A stretch of 57,142 nt of DNA from NCBI GenBank assembly GCA_032718475.1, contig JAUCBJ010002865.1:1-57142 (forward strand). Reading direction: 5' to 3'. The stretch is from Nemertoderma westbladi. Its lineage: Eukaryota > Animalia > Xenacoelomorpha. Positions within the stretch are counted from its first letter, which is position 1. Every line of letters begins with the position of its first letter. The translations under genes and the position numbers were made by a program. Positions 11,765-24,242 of this stretch are shown one piece after another. Below the pieces are notes generated by a model. That model was not told the origin of the DNA and did no database searches. It saw nothing but the letters and a program-made list of their open reading frames with translations.

Positions 11765-14138
11765 AAAGTAATTAATTAATTATTTTCTCAACTAATCGCT
11801 GGTTGTTTGTCGGGTTTGTTTATTTATCGTTTGACATACTTTACAATAACTTTGGATACAATTAAATTATATTACAAATTAAATTTGTATGAAATTAAAA
11901 CTAAATTAAGTTAAATTTAAATGATAAACACGTTTATGATAATTAAACGCTCAGTTTTGTATGCAAATAATTTATTGTTGTATTAGCCGATAACTACAAT
12001 ATGTTGCAATAATTACAGGCAGCTGAATACATTATAATTAGTAGATTTATTTATTTATTTCTTATGATATAATTGATTAAACAAATAACGGATGATGGAG
12101 GGATGGTGTGGTTGTAACTGCTTTAATTGAATTTTTATAACATTTTCTAACCTTATTTTGTATAGCGTACGTACATTTTGTATTAAAATTTAACCACAAT
12201 TGTATTATTTCAATTTCTAATTATTACAGTATGTCCCCCGGCCCGTGTTATAGGCCACCGCCACACCATCAGATAGGACGGGGGGGGGGGGGGGGCTTTC
12301 GACGCAATCAAACCTCATCCCTCTCCAGGATAAAATCGACGCAAATAACGCTGAATACGTTTTAAAATAGAAATGTATCCTGTTCTATTGACTTTCGTTT
12401 ATTGTTTTGGTTGGAATAACGTGCCGCAGTAACCTGCTCCTAACATTGAGGCGGGATGAGTTACGTTAGCGGCTATAGGTAGACAGCAGCTACCGGATGC
12501 ATTCACTGTAGGCCCTATATATAAATATTTACTATTTTACTCCAATTTCGTCACAATTTATAAATCCTGATTATTATAATTAATTAAGAACTGAATGAAC
12601 ACAAATCGATTCCTTAAATATTTATGTTCCTCAAGAAACTACAAGGAATACGATTGGTGAAGTCCCAAGGAGGATTCACCTCAACCGCCGTATCATTTAT
12701 TTAGAACGACAGATATTTGGGACCGCAGGGTAAGATGAACCCCGGTAGGTTAGGTAGTAACAATTTATACGGACACAACCAGCTAATCATAGCTACACCG
12801 CTATTTCAACCGTAGCGTGACTGTCGCCTAATGTTGTAGGCTATTTAATAATCAAAGGGATCTAGAAATTTTGATTGGGGGGAGGGGGGGGGGGTCCTTC
12901 CATATTATTTTTCTTTGCCGCTATTTTATAACAGAGGGGGCGGCGGGGGCCTGACTGATTTACCCGAAACTTTATGATGGTAAAGGCATTTAATTAAGTG
13001 AAAATGCATTAAGTAGACATTCAACTTATTGATCTACCGCGCCACGTGCTGCGCGAAGACGCCACGAACGTGTATAATAAATTATTGCTAACTAATTTAG
13101 TATAGAACAAAATATTTGTACTAGAAAAGCCAGCAACCTGGCCATAAGAAGACCGTCCATACCGCATTGAACATCTTTGCTTACATTACAGTCTAAGAGA
13201 GAGAGAGTAATCCCAGTCCCTACATGTCATTATTAACCTATAGAACATTTGAACGGCCCTGTGCTTATAATTCTATCAGCAAGCCTACCACCTAACATAG
13301 CAGTGAGTAACCTTATTCAGGATTCACTAGGAAGAGCTATTCAGCTGGCGGGGTGATTCATTACAAACTAACAGTTGATGTTTGCTTACTGCCTGGGTTA
13401 GAGTGAGAGAGTAATAAACACAACCTTACTGAAACTTAGCAAGTAATATACTTCTCTGCAGTTTGGGCCTATCCAATATCCATTCCATAGTTAGTAGTAG
13501 TAGTAGCCTAGCATTACTAGCCACTCATCTTGTGTTTCTATGGCAATTTTCGTGTTTATGGGGCTATTTTTCGAAACTGATTTTTCCACATCCTGGGGTT
13601 GAGCTGCGTCGATTGATATAACTTTCATTGCCGGACGCGTTATAGCTTCGCGAGGAGTTTACATGATATACATACATACATACATAGAAACATACATACA
13701 GAATACTTTTACAGTAATAAGCCCTAATGTTCTTATAATAAATATTGTTAACATTACATATTAAAATTCTAAAAATTAATTACTAAAGTTGAAGTGTAAT
13801 AGGAACCCATCCAATATTCCAATCATTAATGCACAATTAATTGAGCACAAATAGCTGTTTATGTCGACAATTTCCTACGTATTTAATCTCATTATTTATG
13901 TGGATCCCATTTGTTTTACTTTAAAATAAATTCCTTAATATATTTTTTACGATTCGCCTATCCCATTTATAAGAAAACTTTCGAGGTCTGTTTCTTTGAG
14001 GAAGGAGAATGAAGAAATCTTAAATATAATTAATTATATTTATTTGATAAAATATTGATAATTAATAAATATGAGATTAAACTGTAGGAAATCTTTCGAG
14101 TAATTTTTATTACCAATTTTGATAATTCTACTATTATT

Positions 14139-15761
14139 TTAGTGTCCTCCCATTCCCACTGGAATGTTGTTGGTGAATGCGCGAAACGCGAGTAAGTTCG
14201 AGGAGCGCAATGTTAAGGTCACGGGGTGATTCGCTTCTATATAAAATACCGAACCTTTAGAGAATTCGGAAGACATCTGATGCTCTGATGCGATCCTGTC
14301 TCGGTACATATTCCCAGACGAAGTCGCCTTACCTGGCATCGATATAGACCAATGGCCATCATCTTTGACGTCCGTGTAACTCAACGGGGCTCTGGATCGC
14401 GCTGTCATTGAGTTCGCGGGTAGAGCTGACGCCGACGTCACGAAGTCTGAAGAACTAGACGCGGATTCTTTGTGGAACGATCCAGACATTGACGACTTAC
14501 CTGGCATCGACAAGGTCCACCTGCCGTTGTTTGTACTGGACATCGAAGCGAGTCGAGGAGATGATGGTGGTGAAACAGCTCTGTGCGTCGGAGATGTCGA
14601 TCGTTTAGGAGATTCTGAGCGTCTGTCTCCCATCAATAACGACCTACTAGCGCGCTTACCAGATGGTACCGACACCGTTCCACTCCCCTGTACAACCAAT
14701 AGAATGCTAGCGCTATCCATAGCCGTTAATTTCAGCGTTTCCTTCTCGGTCCTGGCGATTTTCAATACAGCGAAATCGTTAACCGGAGGTCGATAGTAGG
14801 ATAGGCCTTTACCTTCTTGTTTAGGTACGAGTTTATGGGTTCCCGGCACGAAGTCAAGCATGCCGAGGAGAGTGTCGATGTCTTTGAGTTTGGGGGTGAG
14901 ACCGGCGCGTATAACGTTATCCGAGTTGGCCATGCATTCGATACAGTCACCGTATAGGTAGGAGTGAGGGACATTGGGGCCGAGGTAGAGAGATTCACCC
15001 GGGAGCAGTTCGGTGTGGTTGAGGAAGAACATCGCGAAACAGCCGACATCCCCGGGGAACTGCTCGTAGAGACGGAAGAACAGCCCCAACTCGGGGAAGG
15101 ACTTCGGGTTCGATGTGAATAAACTGTGAACTTCTTTCAGTTTGCTTTCTATCGTATCTTGAGTAGTTCGCATTAGTCGCGTAAAGGCCCGTTTTATGGT
15201 GGCCGCTTGACGTCGAATCGGGGCTTTACACGTGGCTTCGAGTTCGGCAACGAGAGCCGCACCGATTATGTCAGCTAGAGGATCGATTCGTCTCACAGAG
15301 TGCCATATCTCGAATACCGTCTTAAAGCCGCAGAGGGCGCCGAACTTGGTAAGGGCGATACAGAGCTCAGGTTTGTGGTTGGTGTCCTTGTAGATGTTGG
15401 GGCGAGAGCGGTGCAGTTCGATCGCTAGTTGTTTGTTCGGGTGAGCTTGTATGGACAGGCTGGAATCCACTGACAGCACCTTAAACAGGAACGGTAGATT
15501 ACTGCCGAACTTTGTTTGAACAGACATCCCGAGTCCGACGGGGTTGTACTTAATGTGGTCGCGGAGAGGAGCCACAACTCCGTTCGCGTAGACCACCATA
15601 GAGGGTCCGTTGGTATGGCAACCCATCCATAGCTCGGCGTATCGTTCGCTCGGGCTCACTTGGACTCCGGGAGCTGCTATCGGGAGTAAATGAGCCACCT
15701 CGCTGCATCGACCTTGCTTCCCCCAGTGGTACTTCTGTATCGCGCAAATTAGTTTAAACAT
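14139..15761 (-). CDS. MPI: Mannose-6-phosphate isomerase (type I PMI) with a roughly 125-140-aa Ser-rich insert near the C-terminus
   Basis: Motifs YHWGK, YAELWMGCH, LPFLFKVLSV, LSIQAHP, YKDTNHKPE, PHSYLYGDCIECMANSDNVIRAGLTPK; the C-terminal KGSVFYIEAN follows the insert. Confidence 0.95.
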   Translation of the reverse strand: MFKLICAIQKYHWGKQGRCSEVAHLLPIAAPGVQVSPSERYAELWMGCHTNGPSMVVYANGVVAPLRDHIKYNPVGLGMSVQTKFGSNLPFLFKVLSVDSSLSIQAHPNKQLAIELHRSRPNIYKDTNHKPELCIALTKFGALCGFKTVFEIWHSVRRIDPLADIIGAALVAELEATCKAPIRRQAATIKRAFTRLMRTTQDTIESKLKEVHSLFTSNPKSFPELGLFFRLYEQFPGDVGCFAMFFLNHTELLPGESLYLGPNVPHSYLYGDCIECMANSDNVIRAGLTPKLKDIDTLLGMLDFVPGTHKLVPKQEGKGLSYYRPPVNDFAVLKIARTEKETLKLTAMDSASILLVVQGSGTVSVPSGKRASRSLLMGDRRSESPKRSTSPTHRAVSPPSSPRLASMSSTNNGRWTLSMPGKSSMSGSFHKESASSSSDFVTSASALPANSMTARSRAPLSYTDVKDDGHWSISMPGKATSSGNMYRDRIASEHQMSSEFSKGSVFYIEANHPVTLTLRSSNLLAFRAFTNNIPVGMGGH

Positions 15762-16025
15762 AATGGCTGAACAAATATTAGTTTGAGTTAATTAGTTAAT
15801 TATAAACGGAATGCAGCTAATTTATTGTACAGCATTGTGAGCCGCATGCTTACTACTATTGCTTGTAATGTATACAAACAAACCGCCATTAATTATTCTA
15901 CTACCTAATTTGTTGCTTGTTGGTGAAATAAATTATTGTTCTAGAACATGATCACGATCAGTACTACTATAGTACGTTATTACAGCATATTGGCGGGATA
16001 TTTTGATATTGCTGAATTCTCGAAC

Positions 16026-16569
16026 GGTATTAGTATAGAATCTATGCCAAAATTTAAAAGAATTTGATTTATTAGATTAGTGATTATCGGATTTTATCAT
16101 GAGGTTTTTTGTTCTTTAACAAATATTTGACCCTCTGATAGTTAGCTAGTGAAAAAAATCATAATTAAAAATAAAAATAACAATTTTACCAACTTTTTCT
16201 TGTGAAAATGTCTTTTATAATGACGTTTTTTGTTCTAGAACAAATATTTGGCCATCTGACAAATACATGGTACCTAGTAATTTTGATTTTGTGTTAACTA
16301 GTACTTTTTATTAGCTAGTAAAAAAAATTAAAAATCTAATTTAATCCTCAAATATATTTGTCAATAAGAATAAGAAATAAATACGCATTTAAATAAGAAA
16401 TATTTCATTAAGTAATTTTAAATGTATTTATTTATGTAACCTTAGCAACAAAGATATATAATTCTAGAATAAAATTGATAATACAAAAAAGCCATACAAC
16501 ATGTCAAAAATCTTTTAATCTAAAACAAAAAAAAATCCCAAATTTTGGCGTAGATACTATACTAATGCC
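16026..16569. mobile_element. MITE with 30-bp TIRs and 9-bp TSD (Mutator-like), upstream of MPI
   Basis: Left GGTATTAGTATAGAATCTATGCCAAAATTT; right reverse complement GGCATTAGTATAGTATCTACGCCAAAATTT; TTCTCGAAC at 16017-16025 and 16570-16578. Confidence 0.85.
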
Positions 16570-17477
16570 TTCTCGAACATAAGTCGATATTTTATTGGCA
16601 ACAATTCCGCCCGTCCGTCTCCCCATGTTCAGATTTTTTTACTAGCTATTTTTAAGCAGTTTTTGAGAATGTTTTAGAACATATCCCGCGGCAAAAAATA
16701 TATTTTTTTTTATGGTAGCTAGCTAGTATTTTTTGTCTAGCTTGTGTTTGGAAAAAAAATACTCGCCATTTTTAGGCGCAGTTTTATTATTTTTTTTTCA
16801 AAAAATAAAAGCTGCAGTATCTAATGAAACATGACATTCTAGAATATTTTGTAAAAACATTAAATATGTATCGAAATTTTGAATGCAATATCATCATTGA
16901 ATTAATAAAAAATAAATTTCCACTTTTTAAAAATGTTCTAGAACAAAATATAACTTGTTCTAGATCATAATTTAAAAAAACTATTATGAAATGTTCTAGA
17001 ACACTTTTATACAAACACTAAGAGGTAACACCTAGCAAACTTGTAGATTTAGGTATAAAATTAAATTGGGGGGGGGGGGGGGGGGGGGGGGGGGTTACGG
17101 TAGCTAGCGTTTTATTATTAGCTAGAATTTTTTGAACTTATAAAATTTTTATTTTGTTATTGGTGTTATAGAACAATTAATAGTTCTAGAACAGATTAGT
17201 GATATAATTTATTAAGAAAGAGTGTTTTTCGTTCAGTTTTTTTTAACTAGCTAGTAACGTACGGTATATTTTGAAATTATAAAAAATATTTTGTAAAACA
17301 AGCCACTGAGGTGCACTGAGGTGCACTGAGGTATCCTATCCATTTTGGTAACAATTAGAATTCGGAATATTTTATATTTCGTATTCGTAACACTTTGTAA
17401 ATCCAGCTATAATTTAAGGATAATATTTCGGCTATTTAACCCAACAACAATAGAGGCTTGTTAACCACCCAACATAC

Positions 17478-17694
17478 GGGTCAGAGTAAAACTCGGATCC
17501 GGGTTCTACATTTAACATTGTCCCTACGGAAGTCGATTTTTTTTACATTTTTATAACTCCCAAAAATAAAACTATATATAACCTGTTCTATTGACTTTAG
17601 TTTATTGTTTTGGTTAAAATAACGTGCCACTGTAACCTACTCCTTTCCCTTAATTGATAATTTTGGAATCCGGATCCGCGTTTTACACCCACCC
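17478..17694. mobile_element. Small MITE with about 29-bp TIRs and a near-perfect 9-bp TSD
   Basis: Left GGGTCAGAGTAAAACTCGGATCCGGGTTC; right reverse complement GGGTGGGTGTAAAACGCGGATCCGGATTC; flanks CCAACATAC and CCAACATAT. About 63 internal bp (17582-17644) recur at about 12379-12441. Confidence 0.75.
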
Positions 17695-18347
17695 CCAACA
17701 TATAGCCATTCGCAACATTAAGATATAATCAGTTTTAAATATTATAAATACCTACTAAAATAGCTCCATAAATACACTAGCTTAGCTACTATAACTAATA
17801 ATGTTCTAGAACAGAAAAAAATTTAGTAGACAATATCAAATTGTTAACATGTTCTAGAACATAAAACGCCATGAAACACAATACCCATAAAAATATATAA
17901 AAATTCTCACGAATTAGCTGTATACATGATCTACTATACTATAATTGATCTATAACATGAGAAAAAATACATTCTAGAATTTATTGAAAAATGGTGACTA
18001 TAGTTTTAAATAAATGCAGAAAAATTATTTTTTTTTGTATTTTTAAAAACACTAGCTACCAAAAAAATTTACTAGCTACCACTAAATCGAATGTCAGCAA
18101 ACCATACTCAAAGAAAAAAATTTTCAAAAAAATGCCGTGGATGTATCTAATTGATTTTAATCAGAATTGGTCAAAAAGGGTCACCCAAGCAATACCAGTG
18201 CCCCTCCATATTACTGCCAGAAGTTCAAATAATTGTTCCAGAACAAAAAACCTCATGGTAAAAGCCATTTTCATATGAAAGAATTCGTCAAAAAATGGGT
18301 ATTAGGTACCCAAGGTGTAGTAACAAGGCCTACTGTACTGTACAGTA

Positions 18348-19993
18348 CACTACAGTATGTGTACCCACGTGCATTACTACAGTATGTGTACCCACGTGCA
18401 TTACTACAGTATGTGTACCCACGGGCCTACAGTATGTGTACCCACGTGCATTACTACAGTATGTGTACCCACGGGCACTACTACAGTATGTGTACCCACG
18501 GGCACTACTACAGTATGTGTACCCACGGGCACTACTACAGTATGTGTACCCACGGGCACTACTACAGTATGTGTACCTACGGGCACTACTACAGTATGTG
18601 TACCCACGTGCATTACTACAGTATGTGTACCCACGTGCATTACTACAGTATGTGTACCCACGGGCCTACAGTATGTGTACCCACGTGCATTACTACAGTA
18701 TGTGTACCCACGGGCACTACTACAGTATGTGTACCCACGGGCACTACTACAGTATGTGTACCCACGGGCACTACTACAGTATGTGTACCCACGTGCATTA
18801 CTACAGTATGTGTACCCACGGGCACTACTACAGTATGTGTATCCACGGGCACTACTACAGTATGTGTACCCACGGGCACTACTACAGTATGTGTACCTAC
18901 GGGCACTACTACAGTATGTGTACCCACGTGCATTACTACAGTATGTGTACCCACGGGCACTACTACAGTATGTGTACCCACGGGCACTACTACAGTATGT
19001 GTACCCACGGGCACTACTACAGTATGTGTACCCACGGGCACTACTACAGTATGTGTACCCACGGGCACTACTACAGTATGTGTACCCACGGGCACTACTA
19101 CAGTATGTGTACCCACGGGCACTACTACAGTATGTGTACCCACGTGCATTACTACAGTATGTGTACCCACGGGCACTACTACAGTATGTGTACCCACGGG
19201 CACTACTACAGTATGTGTACCCACGGGCACTACTACAGTATGTGTACCCACGGGCACTACTACAGTATGTGTACTCACGGGCACTACTACAGTATGTGTA
19301 CCCACGGGCACTACTACAGTATGTGCACCCACGGGCACTAGTACAGTATGTGTACCCACGGGCACTAGTACAGTATGTGTACCCACGGGCACTACTACAG
19401 TATGTGTACCCACGGGCACTACTACAGTATGTGTACCCACGGGCACTACTACAGTATGTGTACCCACGGGCACTACTACAGTATGTGTACCCACGGGCAC
19501 TACTACAGTATGTGTACCCACGGGCACTACTACAGTATGTGTACCCACGGGCACTAGTACAGTATGTGTACCCACGGGCACTACTACAGTATGTGTACCC
19601 ACGGGCACTACTACAGTATGTGTACCCACGGGCACTACTACAGTATGTGTACCCACGGGCACTACTACAGTATGTGTACCCACGGGCACTACTACAGTAT
19701 GTGTACCCACGGGCACTACTACAGTATGTGTACCCACGGGCACTACAACAGTATGTGTACCCACGGGCACTACTACAGTATGTGTACCCACGGGCACTAC
19801 TACAGTATGTGTACCCACGGGCACTACTACAGTATGTGTACCCACGGGCACTACTACAGTATGTGTACCCACGGGCACTACTACAGTATGTGTACCCACG
19901 GGCACTACTACAGTATGTGTACCCACGGGCACTACTACAGTATGTGTACCCACGGGCACTACTACAGTATGTGTACCCACGGGCACTACTACT
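18348..19993. repeat. 27-bp tandem array, about 61 copies (CACTACTACAGTATGTGTACCCACGGG)
   Basis: Direct periodicity; 9-aa repeats in the ORF track in several frames. Confidence 0.97.
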
Positions 19994-20764
19994 ACTTAGT
20001 TACAGTTACTGTCCCAGAAATCAATCTCCCTTAGCAACAGAAATTAATAAAAAAAATACAACTAAATACCAAAACTGTTATAATCTCCATCAAGTAATTA
20101 TAGTAATTCTATAATCTAGCAGTTAATTTAATTATTTTAACAACAATATCGTAGTTGATAGTTTATGGAAACCGAAGTTAGGAGAAAAATTATTGATACT
20201 TAATTACGTTGTAAAGGAAACAACAATAACTAAAGCAGAGCGAGAGCGAGAGCATGTGGATATTATAGTGGAAGACAGTAAGTAAAACGTCAGTGGAACA
20301 CCAATGGGATGTAAGTACAACGTCATCACCCATTAATAGAGCAATTGGATTGGTTAATCAATGGGCTTGACAGCCTATAATATAAGGGACTTATTGTGTT
20401 GGCAATGTCGACTTAAAGTGGTTGTAACACCTGACGTAATTACTAGTAAAATGATGATACAGGTTGTCAGTTTAATTGTATGGTTAATTATACATTATAT
20501 TTGGGTGAAGAAAAACGATACTTGTAATAAATTGCACATTATATATATTGCATAAAGATAATAATAATAATAGGGCCAGTGGTAAGTAAATCATTACAAA
20601 GTCAAGCAATAGTGATAGAGATTTATAATTTCACCCTGACAAACAAATTCGAAATACCGATAGTTAATTAACAAGTAGCTGAACTCTAATGCACTTTACT
20701 TAGGTAGTATGTAAATAAATCATAGGCCTATAATATACAAAACAAACAACTCAAAGAACATCAA

Positions 20765-21712
20765 CTATTTCTTAGTAAAGAAACTAGTAATGGATTTCAT
20801 TCCACTGGTATCGACTTTAGCCAACCGCTTTTGAGCGATTGTCATTTTACCGGCAGTACCTGGTTGTTTTCCTTGGTTAGACAATCCTTTACTGTAATCA
20901 TCTAGCGGACCTACAACCCCATCATCATCAACATCCTTCACTACAACAGACGCCTTAGTATCAGCTACAACTTCCACCTTCACCTCTGGGAGACACAACC
21001 GTTGCTTCAGACTGTAACTAAGACTCGGAGTTACGTACTGAGACACAAGTTCCCACGCGCAAAGTTTATAATCTTCATCCGTAACATTTTCCGCCTTAAA
21101 ATATCCATCGGCTGTCGCCCCACCTGACACATTAACCCCTTCGCTCTTCAGAGCCTCTACCACACGGGCGACCTTACCTTCCAACCACGACAAAGTTTTA
21201 TCCACGTTATATCGGAAGTATGTCTCGTTATCGACAATCCTTCGGTCACAAATTCCCTCCAATCTGTCCCGAACCCCCGGCTTATCGATAAGTTTATTTA
21301 TATGTTGGTATTTTGTGGCCACCGCCTGGTCTAATTTCATAAATACATTGGAGCAATGTTGGTCTAAGTAGGGAAGTAATAGGAATAGTTCGTCGATTGG
21401 TGTTCCGACGTAGTAGTTGCCGTTGCGGACAACAGAATCGCCAATGAACCACGAGCTCGGGGAGGTGTCAACTTCCAGGAGCTCGATGGTCGAATCGACA
21501 TCGAGGAGGAATAAACGCGGGTTGTTTGTAGCCGGGCAAGGGAGTTGGGTAGGGGTGAGGTGTACTGGAGGGTGGGGGACAGTGGGAGAGTCTGGTGGGG
21601 AGTCAGAGGTGTTGAGAGGCGCACCTGTACGAGGGTTCGCCTTATAAGCGAAGCCATAAGTACCGGTACCGGTAGTTAAGGAAGGAAGGATTAGAACTCG
21701 GCTGGGCGACAT
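20765..21712 (-). CDS. RNASEH2B: Ribonuclease H2 subunit B, intronless
   Basis: 315-aa ORF with SSWFIGDSVVRNG, TPIDELFLLLPYL, YFRYNVDKTLSWL and a C-terminal PCNA PIP box (LAKVDTSGMKSITSFF) characteristic of RNase H2B. Confidence 0.9.
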   Translation of the reverse strand: MSPSRVLILPSLTTGTGTYGFAYKANPRTGAPLNTSDSPPDSPTVPHPPVHLTPTQLPCPATNNPRLFLLDVDSTIELLEVDTSPSSWFIGDSVVRNGNYYVGTPIDELFLLLPYLDQHCSNVFMKLDQAVATKYQHINKLIDKPGVRDRLEGICDRRIVDNETYFRYNVDKTLSWLEGKVARVVEALKSEGVNVSGGATADGYFKAENVTDEDYKLCAWELVSQYVTPSLSYSLKQRLCLPEVKVEVVADTKASVVVKDVDDDGVVGPLDDYSKGLSNQGKQPGTAGKMTIAQKRLAKVDTSGMKSITSFFTKK

Positions 21713-22198
21713 TATTTAGGCCTATATCTGTATATATCAGTACAGCAGTAGGCCTAGGCCTATCCTATTCCTATAGGCTGATAGGCCTATGTACCGTACC
21801 TACTTGTATGGTATCGGCAGAACGGCTGAACGGTACTAGGACAGTTACACGTCAGTCAGTCAGTACAGTATGCAGTAGGTCTAGTCCTGTTCCTGTATGG
21901 AATCCATCGAAAAAGTGCGCCGGATAGGCAGGCCTAGCTGCCTAGCGCGCCGATCAATTTTTATGCGCGCCACGCGCCGATGCAATTACGAAGTAAACCG
22001 CGTGCCAATAAAATTTTTAAGCGCGCCGCGCGTTGACACAATTTTGAAGCGCGCCGCGCCAATGTAATTTAAATTTTGAAGGAGTGTAACCAAACAGCAA
22101 AACAAGCCTGCCAGCTGCTGCACTGCCAGTACAGCAGTATTTCTGTACTCTGGTACCGGTAGGCCTACTGCAGTACTGCAGTAAGTTGAAAGAATTTT

Positions 22199-23100
22199 GA
22201 CGGATTCCGCAATTACACTACAGCAGCAGTGTTACTTTCCCATTCCGCCTGCCTCGGATTCCGCAATTACACTGCAGCAGCAGTGTTACTTTCCCATTCC
22301 GCATGCCACGGATTCCGCAATTACTCTGCAGCATCAGTGTTACTTTCCCATGCTGCATGCTGAATGCCACGGATTCCGCAATTACTCTGCAGCAGCTGTG
22401 TTACTTTCCCATTCCGCATGCCACGGATTCCGCAATTACTCTGCAGCAGCAGTGTTCCTTTCCCATGCTACATGCTGAATGCCACGGATTCCGCAATTAC
22501 TCTGCAGCATCAGTGTTCCTTTCCCATGCTGCATGCTGAATGCCACGGATTCCGCAATTACTCTGCAGCAGCTGTGTTACTTTCCCATTCCGCATGCCAC
22601 GGATTCCGCAATTACTCTGCAGCAGCAGTGTTCCTTTCCCATGCTACATGCTGCATGCCACGGATTCCGCAATTACTCTGCAGCATTAGTGTTCCTTTCC
22701 CATGCTGCATGCCACGGATTCCGCAATTACTCTGCAGCATCAGTGTTCCTTTCCCATTCTGCATGGCACGGATTCTACACTTACTCTGCAGCAGCAGTGT
22801 TCCTTTCCCATGCTGCATGCTGAATGCCACGGATTCCGCAATTACTCTGCAGCAGCTGTGTTACTTTCCCATGCTACATGCTGCATGCCACGGATTCCGC
22901 AATTACTCTGCAGCATTAGTGTTCCTTTCCCATGCTGCATGCCACGGATTCCGCAATTACTCTGCAGCAGCTGTGTTACTTTCCCATGCTACATGCTGCA
23001 TGCCACGGATTCCGCAATTACTCTGCAGCATTAGTGTTCCTTTCCCATGCTGCATGCCACGGATTCCACAATTAGTCTGCAGTATCAGTGTTCCTTTCCA
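22199..23100. repeat. 54/62-bp tandem array, about 16 copies (core TGCCACGGATTCCGCAATTACTCTGCAGCA)
   Basis: Direct periodicity with 8-bp length variants. Confidence 0.93.
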
Positions 23101-23153
23101 CATACAAGCAAGTCAATAAATGCCTCGGAAACAATTCCTTATTTGCTACAAAT

Positions 23154-23776
23154 CCCTGGGATCATGGATCCGGAAGTCAAGTGAGGACCTTCGAATACGT
23201 AAGGGAAAGGCATGGGCAGCCTTGAATAGGCTTTCCAGGATTTGGAAGTCACCGAAAATTAATCGGAAACTTAAGGTACGATTATTTAGAGCAGCAGTAG
23301 TTCCAGTACTCCTCTATGGGAGTCCATGCTGGGCTCTAACTGCTGCGGACACCAAATCTTTGGATGGCACATTCACAAGAATGCTACGCCGGGTTCATTG
23401 TGTCACGTACAATGCACACATCTCCAACCAGACACTATATAACATTGGAGGTATCTCATTGGTTCCCCCAAGCTTGACACTAGACCAAAGCCGCCCTCGC
23501 TTTGCATGACATTGCTTTCGCCGTGAGGACCAGCCAGTGCATAATCTTGTGCTTTGGCGGCCTCATGGAGTGAATAAGCATGGTGGACACCCCATGACTT
23601 TCTTGAGACGCATCTTAATGGACACTGTTCTTGAAGATGCGGATGATCTAGCAAATATCATGGGTGATAGGGAGTTGTGGCGGTGCAATTTTGTCAACAA
23701 GCCGGCACAGCATTCTTAATATATATGTAATATATATTTATAATGCAGCTGCAATGCAGCATGCCGATCCTTGTAG
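23154..23776 (+). mobile_element. 5'-truncated RTE-like LINE (copy 3)
   Basis: Same sequence as the 3' part of copy 2; 14-bp TSD TATTTGCTACAAAT at 23140-23153 and 23777-23790. Confidence 0.92.
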
Positions 23777-24242
23777 TATTTGCTACAAATAAAACTCATT
23801 ACAAATAAACTCTTCTCCTAGCAATATAACATCGTGTCAATAAAAATTATTAATTTTATTTCTTGTGAAAAAAGTGGAACTTATTTCACTATTCTCGAGG
23901 TATTTTATAAACCGAGTAAGTATTTTTGTCATGTAATACGTAATTTTATTCTTCAATTGTTAATTTTTGTTGCTTAATTCTTTAATAAAGACAGAACGAA
24001 ATAGTGTTAAAATTTGTTTACTTATCTAACATATTTTAGAGCATTAATAAATATCTGAAAATCTTGCTGCAAAATAATTTTTGAGCTCCTAACTGAGTGT
24101 CTGAGTGAAACTCATCAAATATATCAAATCTCAAATATATCAGCGGAGAATACAATTATCTGATACTTATATGCATTGCGCCCCATAAAAGGGAATGCCA
24201 TTAAGTTGACGAAATTCTATTTCTCAGCGCACTAACAAAAAT

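Noticed and set aside
13517-13720. Possible Helitron- or SINE-like element with a (TACA)n tract
   Set aside because: Only one copy in the window, and termini could not be defined.
10422-15747. Short antisense and alternate-frame ORFs overlapping FDXR and MPI
   Set aside because: Expected shadows of GC-richer coding sequence; no recognisable motifs.
17067-17094. Poly-G runs (also near 12279, 12877 and 41650)
   Set aside because: Simple homopolymers of unreliable length; no evidence of function.
18233-20114. Long repetitive ORFs (VCVPTGTTT, YYSMCTHGH, etc.)
   Set aside because: The 27-bp unit is a multiple of three and open in several frames on both strands; no unique domain and no sign of selection for one frame.
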